Positions 1 to 9,606 of a stretch of DNA of 64,000 nt are shown here, piece after piece. This DNA is from a virus. Its lineage: Duplodnaviria > Caudoviricetes. The stretch's first letter is position 1; the number at the start of each line of letters is the position of its first letter. Both the position numbers and the translations under genes were made by a program. The notes beneath the pieces were generated by a model that saw nothing but the letters and a program-made list of their open reading frames with translations, searched no databases and had not been told where the DNA came from. The stretch is taken from the IMG/VR virus record IMGVR_UViG_3300047160_007019, positions 12,994 through 76,993 of that record. The stretch is one strand, 5' to 3'.

Positions 1-3000
1 TCTTCCTGCGCGAGCCTTTCGGCGTGTTCATCAGCGATCCTCCTGACGGCATCCATGAAGGCTGCATCGTCGTTCTCGAATTGTACGCTTGCGCGCTCCA
101 CCGCGTCAGGGTCAATGGCCATGGCATGCTGCACCATGGCGTTTTCATCCAGGTCCTGTGCGGTCGGGTTGATGCCTTCCTCGTGGAAAGCGGCGGCTTC
201 GGTCTGCCGGGCATCGGCTTCGTCCAGAAGGGCCTGTACATGACGGGTTTCGCGGACGGTCAGTGGTTCGCCAGCCAAGGCTTTTTTGACGGCGGCGCGG
301 GTCGCCCGTCCTTCCGTGTTCTTGGGCAGGCCAGCGGTGCGCTGTACGTCCCCGAACCATGGCTCATTTGGCATCCATGACGTGAGGCCGGTGACATCGC
401 CGGATTGCGGCGCCATACCGTAGTTGTCTGATTCACCGCCCTTGGATTCGTCTACTGCCCGCTGCAACCGACCCCCGAGCTGAGCCCAGCCGGCGTTGTG
501 CGACATGCGTTCCAGTTCGGCCCGGCGGACGGGGTCTTGCAGACGCTCGTCCTGCATAACCGCGCGGCGTCGACCGGTCGGCTTTACTTGCTCTTGCGCG
601 TGACCGGCTTCTGCTTCGGCCCCCGCTGGCTGTTGTAGATTTGCGCCGCCCTGGTCTTGGCTGCGGCCAGCGGCATTTTCTTCTTCAGCTTGTCCCTGAT
701 CGCCTCGTACTTCTTCGGCATTTTCCTTCTCCTCTGGTACTGCGGTGGTTTCCGGGGCACCGATACGCGCCTCGGGGTAGCGTTCCTTGAACTGCTCGCG
801 GAGCTGCTGCTGCGATAGCGGCGGCTCTTTCTCCAACCGCTTCTGCAGGCGCTTGGCACCTAGATTGCGGGCCATCTCGGCAGCGGCTTCGTCGGCCTTC
901 TCGGCGGTCTTGCCGGTGGCCAGTACCTTGCCGCTGTTGGCGTCGATCACGACATGCGAGCCGTCTTCGGCCTTCGCGGTGATGACCTCGAAGCGCTTGA
1001 GCAGCTTGCCGTGGACTGGGCTGGTGTACTTGTTTCCATCGGTGTCCAGCACGAAGCGGTTGTCCGGGGCTTCGCCGTCCTGGCGCATCTCCGGACCGCC
1101 TGGGGTCACCCGATAGGGTTCGGTGCCTACCCGGTTGGTGGTGTTGCCGCGGGCACGGGCCTCATGGGCGGCAGCATCGTTCCATGGCTGCCTCAGCTGC
1201 TCAATCTCGTTCGGGTCGAACCCTAACTGCCGGTCGCGGTGATGTTGAAGTTCGGTCGCTACCCGGTGAGCCTCATAGTAGTCCTTGCCGGCCTGCATCT
1301 CCGCTTCTTCGTCGCGCTCGTGCTTGTCGTCGGACGCCAGCAGGTTGTACGGCTTGAGGCTGGTAGCACCGGTTTCCGGGTCGGTGTGGGTCGCCCATAT
1401 CCAGTCCGGCTTTTCCTTGCTGTGGACGGTGGTGCGGCCGTCCACATCGTTGCCGGCGACCAGGCCAACGTTCTCACCGGTGCGGACCGGCAGGCCGTCC
1501 TTGTTGACCGTCTCCCCGGCGCTGGGCGGCAGGATCGGGTCGCCCGGCTTCGCGCCCTCAGGCGGTGTTGCAGTAGCCGGGTCAAAAGTTGCGGACTCGG
1601 CCGGTTTTGTTGCGGAAACGGCACCTTCTGGTGCGAGTGGGGCCGGTTTTGCGGCTTCCTGGCGCTTCCGCAGGGCGTCAACAATGTCGTTTGGCGTGGT
1701 CTGGCCGGTGACCTCCACCCCGTTCTCGGTGGCGATCCGGCGCAGGTTGTTGGTGATGAAACCGGGGACTCCGCCCTGATCTACCTTGTCGAGCAGGTCT
1801 TTGGCTTCTGGCGTGATCGTTCCATGTGGAACAGTTACTGCCCCAGCAGCTTCCGGTTGTGCCGGTGCGCCAGCACTGCGTTCGCTTGGGCTACCAGCTT
1901 GCTGCCGTGCGGATTCGCCAGAACGGTCGGCTCCGGCGGCCGGCGGTGTTTCTTCGGCCGGTTCTGCCCCGGTTGGAAGTGCGGGTCCTGAACCTGCGGC
2001 GGGCTGTCCTGCCCCGGCAGTGGCTGGGCCAAGGGTATCGTCGGTTGGGTGGGCATTGACAAGTTCCTGTGCGGCTGTGGGATCGTGGCCAGCCAGATCG
2101 ACCAGGGCGGCTACCTGGTCAACGGGCACGTCGTTGGGGTGATCGCCGGTCGCCGTGGCCGCGGCGGCGTGTTCGTCGGGCGTGAGCTTTGGGGCCTTGT
2201 TGATTTTTTTCGGCTCAACTGTAGGCGTTTCAGGCGTCTCGTCCGGTCCAGGGACGTAGCCTTCCGGCTGGCCTTCCAGCCGGATCATGCCTTGGTCCTT
2301 CCTGGAGTCCTTCAGCGGCAGCAGATCGTCCAGAGTGGCTTCGTTAGGACCAGGAACATAACCGGGCGGGTATCCTTCAACCTGGATCAGTCCCGGCTTC
2401 TTCTCAGCCTCTCCATGGCCTTCCAGATCGATCAGATTGCTGGCATCCGGAGCCTCCAACTTGGTGCCATAGGCGCCAGCCAGCTTGGCCGGATCGTTGA
2501 TATTGTCCTGAAGGAATTTAAGCTCCGACTTCAAGGAATCGGACTTATCCTTACCAAGCAAGGCTATCTTATCTCGATTGCGTTCAACCCCCTTCGGGGT
2601 TCCGTCATCATGGAATCCAGTCGGCTCCAACGGACCGTGCAATTGATCCTGGATGTCGCTGATCCGCTTCTTGGCATGGGCCGTGATGTCGTCTACGGAG
2701 ATAGTAGGTAGTTCAGGAGCGGCAGGGGGTTGAGTCGGTTCTGGCTGCTTGCCAAGCGGGTCCGCCTTGTCCGCCTTGCCGCGGTAGTAGTCCGCCGCTG
2801 CGGTGTCGCCACGGGCCTGTGCCTTGGCTGCCAAGCGGCGCAGGTCTTGCCCGGCGGCATAGCCACGGTGGAACTTGTCGATGCGTTCACGGACGGCTTT
2901 GATCGCTTCTGGTGTTTTGGCATCTTGCAGATCAGAGTGTAGCTCGGCCAAATTCTCACCTTCAGCCCCCAAACCGAGCAAAACGCCCTGGCCGACAGTT

Positions 3001-3836
3001 TGAACGGCTTGACTGACGTCCTGCGGCAAGAGAGGTTGTCGCTGATCCTGTGGCTTACCAACATTCTCGATCGCAGTGGCGGCCGCTTGGCCAGGGATCG
3101 AACCAACTCCACCGCCGATAGATTTACCAGTGAGGCGTGCTGCCTCCTGAGCGAACGGTTTCGCAGTTGCTGGAAAAGCACTTTTAAACAAAGGGCCAAA
3201 AGCACGACCACCGATTTCTGTTGTGATCAATTCAGGGATCGCTTCCACAGTACCCTTGGCCGCGCCTTCGACCATCGGCAGCGTTTCACCACTATTTTCT
3301 TGCGCTGCCTGAACCATTCTTTCTTGGCCACTGAACAACATGTTCGCTATGCCTGGTCCTGATCCACCGATAATTCCTCCAATGGCTCCTCCTGGAGTTA
3401 AGCGTTCATCTGGCTTAAGGCCATAATTTGCAGCAGCAGCACGCAACCGATCAGCTTCCTCGAAGGCATTTACGGATTGTTCAGGCTTGACGCCTGGAAT
3501 GGATGGGCCTTGTGAGATGGCACGTAACCGGGCCTGTTCCTCAGGGGATGTCTGAGGTAGACCAAGAGCCTTCATACCGCGCTCGGCATAGTCCTCCAAC
3601 GCTCCGGTAGTGGTCAGGACGTTAGCGCCCAATCGCTCCGACTCACCGATGGCGGAGCGAACCATCTGCTCCCCAAACCCAACAGGGGTTTTTGATTCCT
3701 CAGAATAATTCTGGTCCCAAGGCATCTTGCCGTGGTCGTAAGTTGAGCCATCATCCTCATAGCTCAATTCCCACGGCTTCGGTTGATTGCCTGGCTGATA
3801 TGGCGCAATCGGGATGTATGGGATTGGATCGGCCAT
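1..3836 (-). CDS. Giant virion/ejection-type protein, more than 1278 aa, runs off the left end (absent from the ORF track)
   Basis: ATG at 3836 overlaps the upstream TAA (MADPIPYIPIAPYQ...). The segments I translated (about 3.2-3.8 kb and 0-1.5 kb) are open and in the same frame. Position is at the end of the podovirus ejection-protein block. Confidence 0.75.
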   Translation of the reverse strand, partial: MADPIPYIPIAPYQPGNQPKPWELSYEDDGSTYDHGKMPWDQNYSEESKTPVGFGEQMVRSAIGESERLGANVLTTTGALEDYAERGMKALGLPQTSPEEQARLRAISQGPSIPGVKPEQSVNAFEEADRLRAAAANYGLKPDERLTPGGAIGGIIGGSGPGIANMLFSGQERMVQAAQENSGETLPMVEGAAKGTVEAIPELITTEIGGRAFGPLFKSAFPATAKPFAQEAARLTGKSIGGGVGSIPGQAAATAIENVGKPQDQRQPLLPQDVSQAVQTVGQGVLLGLGAEGENLAELHSDLQDAKTPEAIKAVRERIDKFHRGYAAGQDLRRLAAKAQARGDTAAADYYRGKADKADPLGKQPEPTQPPAAPELPTISVDDITAHAKKRISDIQDQLHGPLEPTGFHDDGTPKGVERNRDKIALLGKDKSDSLKSELKFLQDNINDPAKLAGAYGTKLEAPDASNLIDLEGHGEAEKKPGLIQVEGYPPGYVPGPNEATLDDLLPLKDSRKDQGMIRLEGQPEGYVPGPDETPETPTVEPKKINKAPKLTPDEHAAAATATGDHPNDVPVDQVAALVDLAGHDPTAAQELVNAHPTDDTLGPATAGAGQPAAGSGPALPTGAEPAEETPPAAGADRSGESARQQAGSPSERSAGAPAQPEAAGAVTVPHGTITPEAKDLLDKVDQGGVPGFITNNLRRIATENGVEVTGQTTPNDIVDALRKRQEAAKPAPLAPEGAVSATKPAESATFDPATATPPEGAKPGDPILPPSAGETVNKDGLPVRTGENVGLVAGNDVDGRTTVHSKEKPDWIWATHTDPETGATSLKPYNLLASDDKHERDEEAEMQAGKDYYEAHRVATELQHHRDRQLGFDPNEIEQLRQPWNDAAAHEARARGNTTNRVGTEPYRVTPGGPEMRQDGEAPDNRFVLDTDGNKYTSPVHGKLLKRFEVITAKAEDGSHVVIDANSGKVLATGKTAEKADEAAAEMARNLGAKRLQKRLEKEPPLSQQQLREQFKERYPEARIGAPETTAVPEEKENAEEVRGDQGQAEEENAAGRSQDQGGANLQQPAGAEAEAGHAQEQVKPTGRRRAVMQDERLQDPVRRAELERMSHNAGWAQLGGRLQRAVDESKGGESDNYGMAPQSGDVTGLTSWMPNEPWFGDVQRTAGLPKNTEGRATRAAVKKALAGEPLTVRETRHVQALLDEADARQTEAAAFHEEGINPTAQDLDENAMVQHAMAIDPDAVERASVQFENDDAAFMDAVRRIADEHAERLAQE
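584..721 (-). CDS. Nested out-of-frame 45-aa basic protein MPKKYEAIRDKLKKKMPLAAAKTRAAQIYNSQRGPKQKPVTRKSK
   Basis: GAGGAG/AAGGA immediately upstream of the ATG; protein-like Lys/Arg-rich sequence inside the giant ORF. Confidence 0.4.
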   Translation of the reverse strand: MPKKYEAIRDKLKKKMPLAAAKTRAAQIYNSQRGPKQKPVTRKSK

Positions 3837-5644
3837 TAGATCTTCTTCCAATCCTGCGGGTTGTTTGGATCACCGCCCATGAACATGTAACCGTTGCGCG
3901 TATCGCCCTTCATTGGGCGTTGCACGCGCCCAGGTGTAGCCGGACGCTGCGGCGCTGGTGCCCCGGCATGCGGTGCGGCCTGCGGCTGGGGTGGAGCTGG
4001 CGGCGAAGCGGCGGCTGCGGGTTGCGGCCGGTTGGGCGGGGTGATGCCGCCTGGGGATGGACTTGGCTGTGGTGCTAGGCCGGGCCGGCTCTGAGCCGGT
4101 GGGCCTTCTGCAATCGGCTTGTAGTACACGCTCCCGTCTGGCGCGCGGATTACCTGCATGCGTGTGTGGGTCACGTTTCCCTTTGAGTCCATGGAATCCA
4201 TCGTATTCTCAATCTGTGGATTTCGAGGCTGCTTGTCCTTCTGGTGGGCGAAACCGGAAATGGTGGCGTCGCGCAAACCTTCCAGATACTGCTTTCTTTC
4301 CGGCGTGATCGTTGGGTCCGCCAACTGGGTGTTGATGACGCTCAAGGTCTGGTTCAGCATGCCGCCTTCTGAAGCATGAATCCGCGCTGCCTCAATCTCA
4401 GCACCAGCATGGATATTCGCTTCCTGTAGAGAAGTCCGGCTACGCAACTGCTCGGCCACAATGCTCTGGGCGAAGGCCATCATCTTGGAATCTTTCTCCG
4501 AATAGCCAGCGTCCTTGAATGCCTCGTATGCGCGTTCCTGCTCTGTTGGCATCAGTTCCTTGGGGAGGTCTTTGCCGTGGTCGAAATACCATGCGCGAAG
4601 ACGATCCATCTTCTGAGCCAGAGATTGATTCACTACGCTGGTCGTAGCCTGTTGCTGAGCCTGTTGTGGGGTCGCTCCATTGGCAACGGCCTGATCCCTG
4701 GCCTGCATGTACTGCTGGGTCATCTGATCGTTTTGAGCGGCCTTGCCAAGGTTCTGGGCTCCGCCGATTGCGGCGATGTGACGCGCAGCCATTGTCTGTC
4801 TCTGTGAAGCCCCATTGCTTTCAGCATTGATGAGCTTCTGCTGGATCGCAGGATCACTGTTTCCAACAGCCATCACCGCCTGCTGGCGCCCCATCATGTC
4901 GCTCACATCATCAACCGGGTGAACGCCATCCGGAGCTCCCTTCATCCCACGGTAGAACAGATCGTGGTCTTGCGGATGGCCAGAGATGAGAACCGGAGGA
5001 GCTAGTTTCGATGAAACTGTCTTGACTCCATTCCAGTTCCCATTGGTGGCGTGATTCGCCATGTCCTGATGAAGGTCATGCATCGGGCTTGTGCCATCCG
5101 GCTGGCCATCGCCGTTGTGGTCGTAGTTCGTCACGGCCATGATCGATGGGTGACCGCCCAGGGCGAGGCTGTACACGTCGGAGAAGTCATCGTCGCTCAT
5201 CGAATGCGGATCGGCTCCGCGCTTCAACGCAGCAGCATTCGACATGGTGCGAGTCACGCCGTCCTGGACGGGGCCATCTATCATGACGCTGTAGCGTCCT
5301 GCCTGAGCGCTCCTAAGGTCATTGGCGTGACTGTCGATTTCCCTCATCGCAGCTTCGTCGCCACGGTAATATGCAGCCCTGGATAGTTCCTCCAACTGGC
5401 CGATCTGCTTGTCATAGGCTTCAACAGCTGCCTTGTTGAACTCCATGGTCTGCTGCCGGTCGGCGCGCTGTGAAGCCTGATTCTGCAAGCCGAATTCCTG
5501 CTGGCGTAGACCGAACTCCTGTTGCCAGTTCTGCTGCTTCTGGGCGCGGTCGATCATGCCGCCAGCTAACTCTGCGCCACTGGTCAGACCAGAGGAAAGA
5601 CCGGCTGCTAGGCCACCACGAGGATATTCCACTCCGTATGCCAT
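3836..5644 (-). CDS. Putative internal virion/ejection protein (602 aa)
   Basis: Gln/Ala-rich helical ORF with a Pro-rich tail; synteny with ejection genes. Confidence 0.6.
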   Translation of the reverse strand: MAYGVEYPRGGLAAGLSSGLTSGAELAGGMIDRAQKQQNWQQEFGLRQQEFGLQNQASQRADRQQTMEFNKAAVEAYDKQIGQLEELSRAAYYRGDEAAMREIDSHANDLRSAQAGRYSVMIDGPVQDGVTRTMSNAAALKRGADPHSMSDDDFSDVYSLALGGHPSIMAVTNYDHNGDGQPDGTSPMHDLHQDMANHATNGNWNGVKTVSSKLAPPVLISGHPQDHDLFYRGMKGAPDGVHPVDDVSDMMGRQQAVMAVGNSDPAIQQKLINAESNGASQRQTMAARHIAAIGGAQNLGKAAQNDQMTQQYMQARDQAVANGATPQQAQQQATTSVVNQSLAQKMDRLRAWYFDHGKDLPKELMPTEQERAYEAFKDAGYSEKDSKMMAFAQSIVAEQLRSRTSLQEANIHAGAEIEAARIHASEGGMLNQTLSVINTQLADPTITPERKQYLEGLRDATISGFAHQKDKQPRNPQIENTMDSMDSKGNVTHTRMQVIRAPDGSVYYKPIAEGPPAQSRPGLAPQPSPSPGGITPPNRPQPAAAASPPAPPQPQAAPHAGAPAPQRPATPGRVQRPMKGDTRNGYMFMGGDPNNPQDWKKI

Positions 5645-5655
5645 TGGTCTTCCCC

Positions 5656-6114
5656 TTAAAACATCCTACTGCCAAAATATCCAGCAGCAGCACCGATCAG
5701 AGCGCCTGCTGCGGTTCCCAACCCGGGCACGACCGAGCCGCCAGCCGCACCAGATGCGGCACCGCTGGCTACGGCACTACCAGTACCAACGGCAGCCGTA
5801 GTAGCGGCTGGAGCAGCCACGCCAGACCCTACGACAGCGGCTTCAAAGGCCGGAGTGGCAGTCTCGATGGCAGCGCTCGTTGGAGCCACGGCACTCAACC
5901 CAGAAGCGGCGATGCTTGGAGCATTCGATCCGACCACTGATCCGGCAAGTCCGCCGACCTGAGAGCCTAACTGCCCCTTTGCAGCCTTGGCTTGGGCCTT
6001 GATGTTCGTGTTCTCGATCCCGCGCTGAGTCTCCTGCTTGGCCACGTCATCCATGCCCCTCATGGACTGGTCAAGTTCGCTCTGCCCGAAACCGATTAAT
6101 CCATAGTCGGCCAT
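5656..6114 (-). CDS. Gly/Ala-rich ejection (pilot-like) protein
   Basis: GxxxG-rich hydrophobic C-terminus (AAGALIGAAAGYFG); synteny. Confidence 0.55.
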   Translation of the reverse strand: MADYGLIGFGQSELDQSMRGMDDVAKQETQRGIENTNIKAQAKAAKGQLGSQVGGLAGSVVGSNAPSIAASGLSAVAPTSAAIETATPAFEAAVVGSGVAAPAATTAAVGTGSAVASGAASGAAGGSVVPGLGTAAGALIGAAAGYFGSRMF

Positions 6115-6125
6115 GTAGTTTCTCC

Positions 6126-6557
6126 TTAAGCTTGTGCCCCACCGATAGCGCCAGCCGGCAAAGCAGGCGCAGTCGGCGAACCAGTGAGAGCCATGTTCTG
6201 AAGGTTGTACGTACTGATCGCTGCCCGGTTGGCAGCATCGTCCATCGATGTGGTCTTGGCCACCGCCTGCTGGCGCCCAAGGGCTGCCTTCTGGTCAGGC
6301 GTCAGGACAATGCCTTGAGACTTTAACTGCTTGTTCAGGCCCTGCTGCTGCGCCTGAAAGGCATTGCCTGCCGTCGCCATTGCCTGCTGGGCAGAAGCAG
6401 TCGGCGCATTCGGGTCCGTGGCGAAGGAGATAAGCTTGTTCTCCTGTGGGACGAACTGGGCCAAATAATTTTGGTACTGTGAATTTATTACGTTGGCCAA
6501 AATGTTGCTCGCGCTTCCTGGCTGCATGAATGAGTAACTGGTCGAACCGCCGCCCAT
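6126..6557 (-). CDS. Putative ejection/virion protein
   Basis: MGGGS start, Gln/Ala-rich, RBS AGGAG. Confidence 0.5.
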   Translation of the reverse strand: MGGGSTSYSFMQPGSASNILANVINSQYQNYLAQFVPQENKLISFATDPNAPTASAQQAMATAGNAFQAQQQGLNKQLKSQGIVLTPDQKAALGRQQAVAKTTSMDDAANRAAISTYNLQNMALTGSPTAPALPAGAIGGAQA

Positions 6558-6570
6558 CGTCGTTCTCCTT

Positions 6571-7182
6571 TTAGCTCATGGTGATGCCGTAGTTCGGAGC
6601 CGCTGCCGGCGGCGCAGAACCACGCAAGGCTGGCTGTAGACCATAAGTCCCAGCGTATCCCACACCAGTACCAATGGCCTGTCCCAAACCTTCTGCATTG
6701 GCCGCTGAGGCATTGGCGTTGGCTGCCGTCACCTCACCGCCAAGATTGGCCAGATCGGATAGAGAAGTGCTGGCCGTAGCCTGCTGGCCCTGGCCAATGG
6801 CCATGATCTGCTGCAAGCCTTCCAAGTAGCTCTTGTCGGCTGAGGCGTCCGCCGCGGTAACGGCTCCGCCAGTAGCGCTAGCCTCGTAGTTGGCGAACTT
6901 TCTCAGGCCGAACACGTCACGGCCGCTACCCGTCTCCACCCCTGCGTCTCGTAGAGCCATGCTCATGCGCTGGCCTGCATTGCTGAACTGGCCGCGTACA
7001 TCGGTGACGCCTTCGCCACCCAGAAATGCCCTGGTTGGCTGCTGGCTCTGGTCGACCCGCTGCTGGAAGAACTGCACAACCGGCTGCCAGCGCCGCTGAT
7101 AGTCGGCGTACTTCTGCTGGAAAACATTGGCCTCGGCAATTTGTTCCGGGCTTTCAGGCACCTGGCTATCACTCCCGCCCAT
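6571..7182 (-). CDS. Putative ejection/virion protein
   Basis: MGGSDS start, Ala/Gly-rich; synteny. Confidence 0.5.
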   Translation of the reverse strand: MGGSDSQVPESPEQIAEANVFQQKYADYQRRWQPVVQFFQQRVDQSQQPTRAFLGGEGVTDVRGQFSNAGQRMSMALRDAGVETGSGRDVFGLRKFANYEASATGGAVTAADASADKSYLEGLQQIMAIGQGQQATASTSLSDLANLGGEVTAANANASAANAEGLGQAIGTGVGYAGTYGLQPALRGSAPPAAAPNYGITMS

Positions 7183-7185
7183 GGC

Positions 7186-7608
7186 TTATACCTCTCTCGT
7201 CCACTTGACATACGCGATCTTCCAAGGCTCCAGCAGCACCCGCTCGTAGCCGCGGCGCAAAACCGGGTCCAGAAACCCCACCCGCTTGCATTGCATGGTT
7301 TGGGCAATCTCCAGCACCTGTTCCTCGTACTGCTGAATGACACTGCGACTGGCGCTACTGTAGGCCCACCATACTAGTAGTTCGTAAGCCTGTTCCGCCG
7401 CCGGCAGGGATGGGAGGTAGATCGGCTCGCGTTTCACGATTACGAATCCGTCGTCGCACACAAACAGCTTGGACTGATTCAGCGCCAGGTCCAGGTAGAC
7501 ATCCTCCGGCCGCATCAGGCCGCGATGCGGTTCCATGGCCGACATCAGGCCTGGCAGGATGCGATCCCACCATGGTCGAAAATCCTCTTGCAGGACGAGC
7601 TGGCTCAT
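7186..7608 (-). CDS. Virion morphogenesis protein, possibly GNAT-like fold
   Basis: 140 aa with DGFVIV...LLVWWAYS pattern, in the usual slot before ejection genes. Confidence 0.45.
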   Translation of the reverse strand: MSQLVLQEDFRPWWDRILPGLMSAMEPHRGLMRPEDVYLDLALNQSKLFVCDDGFVIVKREPIYLPSLPAAEQAYELLVWWAYSSASRSVIQQYEEQVLEIAQTMQCKRVGFLDPVLRRGYERVLLEPWKIAYVKWTREV

Positions 7609-7889
7609 TGTGTCGTGTCCACCTGGCTCACCATTCCCTCCATCTCCTCCAGTGCTTTCTGGATAAACATACGATAGGCACGTTTGGCGCGCTCGTTCCA
7701 GTGGGCAGGAGGTTCTATCGGCACAACCGCGAAGGACCCACCGCTGACTTCCTGCATGATGCTGGAAGCTTCAACTGGCGGCAGGTCCCGCAATGATCGA
7801 TAGATCTGCATGATATCAACGGGGGTAGCCCGCCCCTCCTTGATCTTGTTGGCCAACTCCGCGAGCACGTCGATGGCTTCCCTTGGCAT
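7605..7889 (-). CDS. Hypothetical protein
   Basis: Translationally coupled ORF in the late operon. Confidence 0.5.
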   Translation of the reverse strand: MPREAIDVLAELANKIKEGRATPVDIMQIYRSLRDLPPVEASSIMQEVSGGSFAVVPIEPPAHWNERAKRAYRMFIQKALEEMEGMVSQVDTTQ

Positions 7890-7901
7890 TGGTCTGGAGA
7901 A

Positions 7902-8243
7902 TCATTTGGGGGTGCGCGACTTCTGCGGGCCATCCCGGAACAGGCTGGTCAGCGTGTCCTGAGATCCTTTTAGGCTCGACATGGTGTGCCCCATTTCATT
8001 CAGCTTTTCGTAGAGCTTGCTGAATTCGGTGGTTAAACCGTCCTTGGTCGGCAGATGCCGCAGTTCACTTTCCAGCGCCTGAATACGGCTCTCATGTCGC
8101 TCTACCGCCGCCTTTTGCTTGTCGTGTTCCTCCCATTGCCGCCTGCGGTTGATATCCTGCCGCGTCGACCAGATGGTCAGGATGCCGATGCCGATGACGG
8201 CCCCGGCGCTGACGATGAGCGAAATGATTTCGCTGGCGGTCAT
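7902..8243 (-). CDS. Single-TM plus coiled-coil lysis-module protein
   Basis: N-terminal TM helix then coiled coil, next to the endolysin. Confidence 0.55.
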   Translation of the reverse strand: MTASEIISLIVSAGAVIGIGILTIWSTRQDINRRRQWEEHDKQKAAVERHESRIQALESELRHLPTKDGLTTEFSKLYEKLNEMGHTMSSLKGSQDTLTSLFRDGPQKSRTPK

Positions 8244-8812
8244 CCTTCGACTCCCAGTGCCGCCTGATATTGCGCCCAGCGGTGCCGGCGGTCGTCCAGA
8301 CCATTGATGCCGCCATTGATGCGCCGGGTGATCTTCACGAAAGCCTCGTCGGTGCCGGCGTCCGCGATGGCGCTAAGACCGTGGCGCGACCAGAACCAGC
8401 ACGCCGACTCTGCGGCGTCCGGCTGCACCTTTAGCAGGCTCGGATCGCGCGCGCATCGATCATCCCGGTAGCGGTCCATGCTATAGTCGCGGTGGTTGAA
8501 ATAGCCGGTGATCTGGATCAAGCCATGGCCGGCATAAAAATGCCCCGGTGTGTCAGCGTGCGCGGCTGCGAATGCAACCGCTTCCGGCAGATTATTGCCC
8601 AGGTCGGCCCGGTGGTCATATCCAGCCTGCTGCGAGGTCGGACCCCACAACTCGCGCGTCAGTTTGAAGCCGCCGGATTCGTGCGCGCATTGCGCAAGAA
8701 ACATGGCCTGTCGTGTCGGCGTGTTGATCTGATAGCGGGCGCATCCTGCGATCAGAGCGTCGATATAGGGACCTATAGCCTTGTCCACCGATAGCAACTG
8801 ATCGGCGTTCAT
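8240..8812 (-). CDS. Glycoside hydrolase family 19 endolysin
   Basis: Motifs AMFLAQCAHESGGF, GHGLIQITG and ITRRINGG. Confidence 0.9.
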   Translation of the reverse strand: MNADQLLSVDKAIGPYIDALIAGCARYQINTPTRQAMFLAQCAHESGGFKLTRELWGPTSQQAGYDHRADLGNNLPEAVAFAAAHADTPGHFYAGHGLIQITGYFNHRDYSMDRYRDDRCARDPSLLKVQPDAAESACWFWSRHGLSAIADAGTDEAFVKITRRINGGINGLDDRRHRWAQYQAALGVEG

Positions 8813-9381
8813 GACTTACCTCCAGCCGGCGGCGTTGAGTCCAGGGCCTTGTTCAGCAGCGCATGCTGCGTATCGGTGCTACTGGACGAGCCGAAGTAAA
8901 ACGACAGCACCAGGATCAGTGCGGAGTCCAGCGTACCGAGGATGCGCCCGAACACCACCTCCGAGCCGGCCGGAATGGCGTGGGTCATCGCGTAGCCCTC
9001 ACCGATGGCGGCGGCGACTACGACGAGGCAGGCCAGGGCTGGGGTGACCCAAGTCTTGGTGCTGACCTGCATGTCGCGCGCGCTGGCACGGTCGGCGGCA
9101 TCGGTCTGCGCCAGGGTGATGCCGGCGTTGATGAACTGCTGCTTGAGCGTGTCGTCGGCCTGCTTCATTGCCACGAGTTGTTCCGGGGTCAGGCCGGCCG
9201 TGACCGCGTTCTGGATTGCGCTGGCACGTTGCTCCAGGGTCGAGGTCGGATCCGGAGCAATGCCCAGAACCTTCTCGATCCCGGTGACAGCAGTTGCCCC
9301 CAACGGACCCAGGAACAGCCCGGCCGCCGTCGGAGCGACCGATGCGAGCGTGCTGCCGATGGTTTGAAGAATGCTAGCCAT
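8809..9381 (-). CDS. Putative holin (3TM type)
   Basis: DRASARDMQ motif followed by two TM segments ending VLSFYFGSS; adjacent to the endolysin. Confidence 0.7.
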   Translation of the reverse strand: MASILQTIGSTLASVAPTAAGLFLGPLGATAVTGIEKVLGIAPDPTSTLEQRASAIQNAVTAGLTPEQLVAMKQADDTLKQQFINAGITLAQTDAADRASARDMQVSTKTWVTPALACLVVVAAAIGEGYAMTHAIPAGSEVVFGRILGTLDSALILVLSFYFGSSSSTDTQHALLNKALDSTPPAGGKS

Positions 9382-9604
9382 TTTCATCTCCCTTCTGCTT
9401 GGGCATGGAAGAACGGCTTTCGCCAAACGCCCAGTTGGCGAAACCGCCGGATAGAGTCAGCAGCCCTCCGAGGATTTCCGGTAACCCGTAGCTGCTTTCC
9501 TGTTCGACTTTCCCGAGCGCGATGATTCCAGCTAGCGCTGCGGTCACGAACAGCAGCAGAAAGCCGAACAGCATCTTGAGATGGGAAAGGTCGAGTACAC
9601 GCAT
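9374..9604 (-). CDS. Small two-TM membrane protein (lysis module)
   Basis: Two hydrophobic helices. Confidence 0.5.
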   Translation of the reverse strand: MRVLDLSHLKMLFGFLLLFVTAALAGIIALGKVEQESSYGLPEILGGLLTLSGGFANWAFGESRSSMPKQKGDENG

Positions 9605-9606
9605 GG

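Noticed and set aside
787-3362. Plus-strand ORFs over the giant virion gene
   Set aside because: Antisense shadows of a GC-rich minus-strand CDS.
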